Under the pieces are notes generated by a model. It was given only the letters and a program-made list of their open reading frames with translations, ran no database searches and had not been told where the DNA came from. From assembly GCA_963693365.1 (NCBI GenBank), contig CAVNZM010000076.1, positions 1 through 13,633 on the forward strand: 13,633 nt of DNA. The letters run 5' to 3'. This stretch comes from Amoebidium appalachense (Eukaryota > Protista > Ichthyosporea). A program made the translations under genes and the position numbers. Each line of letters opens with the position of its first letter. Within the stretch, counting starts at the first letter, position 1. Of the stretch, positions 7,159-13,633 are shown piece after piece.

Positions 7159-9000
7159 TCACTGCACAAGGGCGGGCACACAGAGCCGGTCACGGTGAGT
7201 GACGTGGCTGGGACCCGGTAGAGGCTTGGTGAGGATGTCAGCCAAGTTGTTGGCAGACTCGACGTAGTTGACCACCACATCCCCACTTGCAATGTAGGCC
7301 TTGGTGTTGTGGTAACGGACGGCAATGTGTTTGGTACGGTGTTTGATGCCGGTGGAGTTGACGATAGCAATGGTGGACTGGTTGTCGCAGTACACCGGGG
7401 TGGGGGCAGGCATCGGATAACCGAGCTCCTTGAAGAGGTCACGTAGCCACACAACCTCCTGGGTGCCGGCATTGAGAGCTATCAGCTCAGCCTCCGTGGT
7501 GCTGGTGGCCGTGATGGGTTGAAGTTTGGAGTACCAGACGATAGGCATATCAGCAAAGGTGATGGCAAAGCCTGTGGTGGACTTCTTGCTGTCGATACAC
7601 CCAGCAAAGTCAGCATCGGTGTAGCACACAAGGATGGGGTCCTGGGTGGCCGTGTACTTGTAGTCAACACCCAGATCGATGGTGCCGAGGAGGTACCTTG
7701 CCACACGACGGAGGAGGTCCCAGTGAGCCTTGCCAGGGTTACTGCTGAATCGGCCGAGGAACCCAATAGCATAGGCAATGTCAGGACGGGTGCATCGTGC
7801 AACCCATAGAAGACGGCCGAGTAGCTCACGGTAGGGAACGGTGAACGGTTGGGGTGGGCAGTCAGCCAGAGATACGTTGGTACCGGCAGGGATCGGGGTG
7901 GCCTTGGACTTAGCATCGGTGAGGTTGAAGTCGTGGATGATGTCCATGATGTAGGACTTCTGGTGCATGTGAAGGTGGTGAGGGCCGGAGTGGTGAAAAT
8001 CAACACCGAGCATACGATCGAACGGGCTCATCCGGCAGCTGGCCATCTTGCCGATGTGAGCAGCCAGGTCACGGGCAGCATCAGAACCACGGGTGTTGGT
8101 GATGGTGGAGTCATCCACATAGTTGCCAGCACGGACAACATCTTGGTTGGGGAAGAACCGGAGGTAGATGCACGGGTCAGTCTTGGTTTTGAGTAGACCG
8201 TGGGCCAGAAGAATGCCGTCAAGGAAGTCATACCAAGCCTTCGAGGCTTGCTTCAGACCGTAGAGAGCTTTCTTGAGTTTCCACACCTTGCCGAAGGTAG
8301 CCATGGTGATGAACCCGGGGGGCTGCTTCATGTAGATGGTCTCGGTGAGTGGGCTGTTAAGGAAGGCCGTGGACACGTCGAGTTGGTGAATTTCATGGCC
8401 CTGGACGACGGCAAGAGCCAGGAGGGCACGGAGAGCAGCTGGACGGATGACGGGGCTCTCAGTCAACTCATAGTCAACACCGAACTCCTGACTGAAGCCT
8501 TGAGCAACACCACGGGCCTTGATCTTGGTGTCACCAGCTGAGTTGAGTGTTTTCTCAGAGACAATCCACTTGAAACCGACGATGTTGGCACCGGGGGGGG
8601 GATCGACGAGGTCAAAAATGCTTTTGTCGACGAAGGCTTGGTACTCAGCAGTCATAGCAGCCTGTACCTTGTCTCCGTTAGGGCCGGAGCACAGTTGACG
8701 GACAGGTTTGGGCAGCTGGTCAATGTTGATGGTGGGAGGTTGGGGAACTGGTAGGGGAATGGAAGCCTGAAGACCGAGCTGTCCTTGCAGTCGAGCTGAA
8801 CGACGGAGAGGTGGCATGGGTGGGGTCGGAGCCGGAGGGGGTGGAACGTGGAAACCAGGGACGACAGGGGCAGGGGCCTCGGGGCTGGCTGGGGCTGAGT
8901 GGAAATTGTCGGGGGAGGCCGGACGGATGGGTGTGACGTTGCCGGGAGCATGGTTGTTGGCATCGGGCACAAACAGGACGGGGGCCGGGGGGCCGGTGGG
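7159..9000 (-). CDS. pol: Copia pol: reverse transcriptase and RNase H (frameshifted continuation of integrase; within ORF 7159-9156)
   Basis: KARGVAQGFSQEFGVDY, HQLDVSTAFLN, YMKQPPGF, LKKALYGLKQA, DPCIY, YVDD; RNase H motifs YTDADFAG, STTEAE, CDNQST, RTKHI, NLADILTKPL. Confidence 0.95.
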   Translation of the reverse strand, partial: PTGPPAPVLFVPDANNHAPGNVTPIRPASPDNFHSAPASPEAPAPVVPGFHVPPPPAPTPPMPPLRRSARLQGQLGLQASIPLPVPQPPTINIDQLPKPVRQLCSGPNGDKVQAAMTAEYQAFVDKSIFDLVDPPPGANIVGFKWIVSEKTLNSAGDTKIKARGVAQGFSQEFGVDYELTESPVIRPAALRALLALAVVQGHEIHQLDVSTAFLNSPLTETIYMKQPPGFITMATFGKVWKLKKALYGLKQASKAWYDFLDGILLAHGLLKTKTDPCIYLRFFPNQDVVRAGNYVDDSTITNTRGSDAARDLAAHIGKMASCRMSPFDRMLGVDFHHSGPHHLHMHQKSYIMDIIHDFNLTDAKSKATPIPAGTNVSLADCPPQPFTVPYRELLGRLLWVARCTRPDIAYAIGFLGRFSSNPGKAHWDLLRRVARYLLGTIDLGVDYKYTATQDPILVCYTDADFAGCIDSKKSTTGFAITFADMPIVWYSKLQPITATSTTEAELIALNAGTQEVVWLRDLFKELGYPMPAPTPVYCDNQSTIAIVNSTGIKHRTKHIAVRYHNTKAYIASGDVVVNYVESANNLADILTKPLPGPSHVTHRDRLCVPALVQ

Positions 9001-10500
9001 GGGGGGGTGTCGGGGGGGCAACGGCAACAGGAACGGGGTCAGGCTCAACCAGGGAAACGTCATCATCGGACTCGATGGAGGATGGGGGAACTTCGGAGTT
9101 GACGGGGGCAGACGAGCCGGGGGGTACCAGGGAGGGGACGTAAGCTGATTCGTCAAAAATCACGTCACGGAAAAGACCCACACGGTGAGTGGTGAAGTTG
9201 AAGATCCGGTGGCAGTGTGATTGTAGATCATAGCCGATGTACATACCGAGCTTGACGGTGGGTTCCAGCTTGTTACGTTTGGCAGCCGGGACATGAGTGT
9301 AAGCCGGGCAGCCGAACACCTTGAGCTCTGAGATGTCGGGCTTGACACCGTAGAAAACTTCGAATGGAGTACGACCATTGGCAGCCGAGGACGGGGTGAC
9401 ATTGACGATGTAGGCAGCATGTTGCAGAGCCTCAGCCCACAGTTTGGGGGACAGAGACTGGTCGGGGACTTGATGCAGCAGACAACGGACTATCTCTTGA
9501 AGAGAGCGCATACGACGTTCGACGTAGCCGTTGAGCTGGGGACAGTCCACTGGAGCATAGCTGGCCTTGATGTCCTGGGAAGTGCAGAAGGCCCTGGTAG
9601 CCTGAGAGGTGAACTCGGAACCGGAGTCAAAGTGGTAGACACCCACGGGGGAGGAGGCATGAGTGGACACAAGGTTGGTGTGGGACTTGATGACATCCAG
9701 TGTAGATGAACGGTCGGCCATGGGGTAGATCTTGACGAGACCAGAGGCACGGCACACGGTGACGAGAGCAACCTTGGAACCTCCGTACGACGTGGTGGAG
9801 GGCTCAAAGAAGTCCCAGTGCCACTCATATCCGGGAACATCAGAGTGAGGACGGTCACCCTTGAATGGAGCCTTGGTGGTTTTGCCCATCATGCAGCCGT
9901 GGCAATCAGGGACATCACAGTCGAGTACGGAGCTGGGGAGGCCAATGACGAGGTCCTTGGTGATCATTTCCTTGATGCCGGTCATGGCACGGTGACCTAG
10001 ACGATGATGCCAGACGGAGGGATGAATACTGGTGGTGGCAGCCAGGGCCACGGGGCAAGTTGAAGGTTTAATGGTGTAGTCTGTGAAGTAGTACAGGCCG
10101 TTGTACAGACGGAGGTTGACGAGGTGACGGCCAGTGTGTCGGTCAAATAAGAACGACGGGGTAGAGGCATCGTTGAGGTCACCCTTGATGTATTCAGCAG
10201 CAGCCTGAGACGTTGAGATGAGGAAGGCCTGACCTGACGGTGTGTAGTAGGCATCAATGGTGAGGGTATTGGTGCCGTGGATGGTGGTGGTGTTGAGGAT
10301 GATATGACCCTGGTGGGTAGCCAAGACGGGGTTACCGTTGAAGGCAGCAACTGGGGTAGGGGCCGGGAGGGGGGTGAGTTCCTGGAAGAACTCACGGTGG
10401 GGACAAACAGTCATATTGCAACCGGAATCCCAGGCCGGGTCGGACGACACTGGGACTGAGCTGACATTGTAGGCTGAGAATGCAAAGGACACTGATTTGT
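9001..10500 (-). CDS. pol: Copia pol: aspartic protease and integrase (within ORF 8720-10744)
   Basis: WDSGCNMTVC (protease); WHHRLGH...CHGCMMGK; HWDFF, FDSGSEF, PQLNGYVER; LKVFGCPAY...IGY...RDVIFDE. Confidence 0.93.
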
Positions 10501-11546
10501 TTTTTGTTGCGTACGATTCTGGCAACACGGCAGCCAGGTTCGGGGCAGTCGACAATCTTGTGGCCAGGTTCACGGCAGTATAAGCAGGAGTTGTCCTGGG
10601 TGGTGGAACGAGCCGGGGAATCTGAACGACGGGGTCCGGGGAAACGTGAACGGCTCGGGGAACGGGACGTGGACCGGAAGGCAGGCCGGTGGGGTGAACG
10701 GGAACGGGTGCGCTGACGGGAGAGCTGAGTGCGGAGGTCAGCACCTGGTGGGTTGTTGAGTCGGTGACCTAAGTCACGGCGAGGAAGATCACGGGGGGGA
10801 GCACTGGCAGTCAAGGCCATGCTGGTGGTGGAACTACGGTGGTCACGGCTGGTACGAAGTTGAGTCTTGAGTTGTTGGCGTAGTTCGATGCCTTTCACGT
10901 GGTTGTGCAGGGTCTCAAAGTCGGAGAAGAGTTTATCTCCGAAGTGGTAGTCTTCGAGTAGACGGCTGAATTCACTGGTGAGATCGTCACGGGTGGTAAG
11001 TTCATTGAAGAACTTCTCTGCCAGATGGGTGAATGTGACTGAGTCATCTTGCAGGGACTGAAGCTGGGTGACGATGGTTTGGAGACGCTGGAGGTAGTCA
11101 GTGAACGTCTCACTGGACTTGAGGGAGCAGGCATCCCACTCGCGGCGGAGGAGACGGACCTGGTCTGGTTTGCCTTGGAGGTAGTGCTGTCGGAACTTCC
11201 ACATGGCCCGCTCAGGGTCCATGCCGATACGGTACTGGGCGACGGTGGTGAGCACAGACGGGTCGATGTTCTGTATCATGTGAAGAAGTAAGCAGTTGCG
11301 GGCATCCTTGAGTTCTGCCGCAGTAGCGTAGCTGTAGAAGGGGAGCACAGCATCAATGGCGATGGTGGTGGGTGGAACGTAGTTGTCAGCGAGAACAACG
11401 TCCACGAGTAGGGCACCTTTGGTGCCGGTCATCATGCCGAGGAAAATGATTTCCCACTGAAAGTAGGTGGTCTTGTGGTCAGGGCCGGTCTTGCCTTCAC
11501 CCTTCCACATGGTGATTTTGTTTACGCCAGACTTGTTGGGATCCAT
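10392..11546 (-). CDS. gag: Copia gag with CCHC zinc knuckle
   Basis: ATG lies 75 bp inside the 5' LTR boundary. Copia-gag-like helices (AMWKFRQHY, ETFTDYLQRLQTIVTQL) and CLYCREPGHKIVDC = CX2CX4HX4C. Confidence 0.9.
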   Translation of the reverse strand: MDPNKSGVNKITMWKGEGKTGPDHKTTYFQWEIIFLGMMTGTKGALLVDVVLADNYVPPTTIAIDAVLPFYSYATAAELKDARNCLLLHMIQNIDPSVLTTVAQYRIGMDPERAMWKFRQHYLQGKPDQVRLLRREWDACSLKSSETFTDYLQRLQTIVTQLQSLQDDSVTFTHLAEKFFNELTTRDDLTSEFSRLLEDYHFGDKLFSDFETLHNHVKGIELRQQLKTQLRTSRDHRSSTTSMALTASAPPRDLPRRDLGHRLNNPPGADLRTQLSRQRTRSRSPHRPAFRSTSRSPSRSRFPGPRRSDSPARSTTQDNSCLYCREPGHKIVDCPEPGCRVARIVRNKKQISVLCILSLQCQLSPSVVRPGLGFRLQYDCLSPP

Positions 11547-11607
11547 GGTTGACTAGCGCGCTGGTGGGCGATCGCGGTGTTTATGTGTGTATAGAGAGCG
11601 TGCAAAA

Positions 11608-11620
11608 GGGCAGCATAACC
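11608..11620 (-). other. Primer-binding site GGTTATGCTGCCC, resembling the half-tRNA-iMet (anticodon-loop) type
   Basis: Directly follows the CA end of the 5' LTR. GGTTATG is complementary to the CAUAACC anticodon loop of initiator tRNA-Met, as in Drosophila copia and yeast Ty5. Confidence 0.75.
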
Positions 11621-11760
11621 TGAAAAATTGTATAAGTATTCTGACTATGTCGGGGAAGCAGAGACACAGTGGTGCAGTGTAAAAACACCGCAGGCACACA
11701 CACAACCACACACAGAAACGATTGGAGAAGTGTACAGAACAGACATCAACGTTTAGACAC

Positions 11761-11796
11761 AACTAACGAAATCAATACATTGATTTCGTATATATA
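11761..11796 (-). promoter_or_regulatory. Putative LTR core promoter: TATATATA plus Inr-like TTAGTT
   Basis: TATATATA at 11796-11789 and TTAGTT at 11766-11761, with TATA starting 30-32 nt upstream of the Inr A. Motif-based inference only. Confidence 0.4.
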
Positions 11797-11979
11797 TTTG
11801 TGAATGTTAAGTCAAATCAACATATGATTTCCGACCAGTCGGAAATCAGATCCATGTCTAAAATAACCAATCACAATGAACTGATTATTACTACGATAGA
11901 TCTGGGATACGGAAACGCACGCTATAGGTCACAGCTACCAGCAAGGATCAAGGTGTAGCAGTAACGAGGAAAGAGGGAG

Positions 11980-12238
11980 CTGTAACAGACAATGGGAGAA
12001 AATGTAAAGTTTACATTTTGGGTCGGCTCGTATGGTCCTCCCAGCGGACTATGAGAGTCCGCCTGGACTCTGAGAGTCCTGTCTTTTTTAACCTTCTACA
12101 CGCACGTGCAGCCCCCGTTCCGGAATTTCATGAAAAATCTTGCTTTATCAATATTCTTATGCCGGTAAAACACCCCTGTTGTGACGTCACAACCAAATAT
12201 GTAAACTTTACAATTTCTCCCATTGTCTGTTCCAGTGT
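11980..12238. mobile_element. MITE-like non-autonomous TIR element in the copia 5' LTR
   Basis: 33-bp inverted repeats at 11984-12016 and 12199-12231 with 1 mismatch, extendable to CTGT/CCAG. Absent from the 3' LTR and non-coding. Confidence 0.8.
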
Positions 12239-12825
12239 GATTTATGTTTCTAGCCTATCAATAGCTGCAAAGACTTAGACACTTCCTGACTAAGTCTACT
12301 GATTGGACACAGCACGGCAATACACAAACCTAAAGTGTTTTAGTAAGCTATGATTCACACATGACAAACTAAAGTGTAGCCTATGTGTTTTGCAGCCTAT
12401 CAAAACACAACGAGTAACACAAAACTACTCAACGTATATTAGTAGAAAAGAAACATGATCATGTAAATGAAAACGAGGGAGAAAAGGAAAAGAAAAGAAA
12501 GAAGGAGAAGGAGGAAAGAGAGACGAATACAGAACAGTAAACACGAATACTAAAGCACAGCTGCAACAGCAGATATTCACGTACACATGAACATGTACAC
12601 GTCTCTCCCTGAGTGGGTGAAAACGTGCACACACATATCAACACACTAATCAGTGATGAAACACACGATTAGAACCGATCTAACTCGATTACATGTGTAT
12701 AGACACATGAGAGATCGATGAGACATTTTTCGTACAAGGAAAGTGACTTTAGCAATAATCACACAGCCGAAGACACAACACAAACTGTAAAGATCTTACA
12801 CACGTAGCTACAACGTACTACAACA

Positions 12826-13276
12826 TGACGTCCCGGGCTCGAATGTACTGAAGTTCGTCGGGGTAGGTGATGCTGTCATTGACACTGCTGCCCCGGGGCC
12901 AGGAGAGGTGGTGGATTCGACGGTACTTGGGGGGGTTCCCTTTTTTAGTAACGGCGCCGATGGGGGAGGAACGGTGGACCGGAAATTCGGCAAAGAATGG
13001 GTCCGGGGAGAGGGGGCCGCGCAGGTGGCCGAGGGCGACTTCGTTAGCAATATCCGCCGTGATAGCGGCAGCTGAATCCGGGGTGGTGGGTAGGTTGGGG
13101 CCCACCCGAGAGGTGGAGGGGCCGCGATAGCCGATGTCGACACCGAATTCGACATCGTGGAGGAGCTGTGCGGCGAATGATGGGTCTGGGTGGGAGGCCA
13201 GCAGTTCCCGGAGGCGGGAGGTGTCAATGTGGTGCTGGGGCAGCGGGCGGGCCGCCGGGTCTGAGCCTCTAAAGTG
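12826..13276 (-). pseudogene. Ngaro/DIRS-like RT, N-terminal part (upstream of the copia insertion; 5'-truncated, no gag seen)
   Basis: HPDPSFAAQLLHDVEFGVDIGYRGP...NEVALGHLRGP...SSPIGAVTKKG..KYRRIHHLSWPRGSSVNDSI; joins in frame to 5722 when the copia and one TSD copy are removed. Confidence 0.9.
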
Positions 13277-13633
13277 TCAATGTGGTAGCAGATTCCCGGA
13301 CAGATTAGCTGAAAAAAGCGCCCCCTTTTCAGTTTTATAGTAAAATTTAGTACCGAGATAAGTGGACCATCGAAAAAACGGTGTCTGAAAGTATGGCGAA
13401 AACAATGCATTTGTCAATTAAAACCGCCCAGCCAAAAAGACTTTTTTACATTTTTTGACATTTTTGTTGTGCTCCACAGGGAAACGCACGGAAAGCCATC
13501 GTAGGAAGCAAAGAAACAAGCACACAACATATACTGAAGGGGGTAAAAGTCATCATTTAAGCATAAAAAGACACTTTGTGCAAAAGACTTGGACTTTATT
13601 GAGAAAGAGTTCGGTTTTATTTGTGGAATCTAT

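Larger units (their letters stand above)
5728..12825 (-). mobile_element. Full-length Ty1/copia LTR retrotransposon (7098 bp)
   Basis: Two LTRs with TG/CA ends, 5-bp TSD, PBS, PPT and the gag-PR-IN-RT-RH domain order diagnostic of copia. Confidence 0.97.
11621..12825 (-). repeat. Copia 5' LTR (1205 bp including two extra blocks)
   Basis: Direct repeat of 5728-6529; TGTTG...TTTCA on the minus strand. Confidence 0.96.

Noticed and set aside
10767-10773. CTTAGGT, similar to the Ty1 +1 frameshift heptamer CTTAGGC
   Set aside because: Not in the gag reading frame, and it lies upstream of the zinc knuckle
11647-11799. LTR indel explained as a spliced-out intron
   Set aside because: No GT/GC..AG boundaries on either strand within the junction ambiguity
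12044-12079. CRISPR-like palindromic repeats
   Set aside because: Only two 15-bp copies 4 bp apart, with no spacers or cas genes, in a eukaryotic context

Overview
Eukaryotic repeat-dense DNA with no recognisable host gene. The window is a nested stack of transposable elements covering four retrotransposon types plus a MITE-like insert. The oldest layer is a decayed tyrosine-recombinase retrotransposon (Ngaro/DIRS-like, minus strand, 4064-5727 and 12826-~13276). Its RT gene is split by a complete, young Ty1/copia element (5728-12825, minus strand, TGACG target-site duplication, TG..CA LTRs, half-tRNA-iMet-type PBS). Its recombinase gene is cut by the 3' LTR of a Ty3/gypsy chromovirus (integrase plus chromodomain 1928-3763, PPT, LTR ~3811-4063). 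The gypsy element appears to be interrupted in turn by the 3' end of a LINE (RT, (CA)32, A52; 1-1702). The copia LTRs differ by only about 5 substitutions, yet the 5' LTR has two extra blocks: a 255-bp palindrome-rich TIR element and a 153-bp block carrying a putative TATA-hairpin-Inr core promoter. The copia 3' region also carries several PPT-like copies and an 84-nt purine/G tract. The host taxon cannot be determined from the sequence. Several frameshifts lie in homopolymers and may be assembly errors. All alignments and counts were done by eye.
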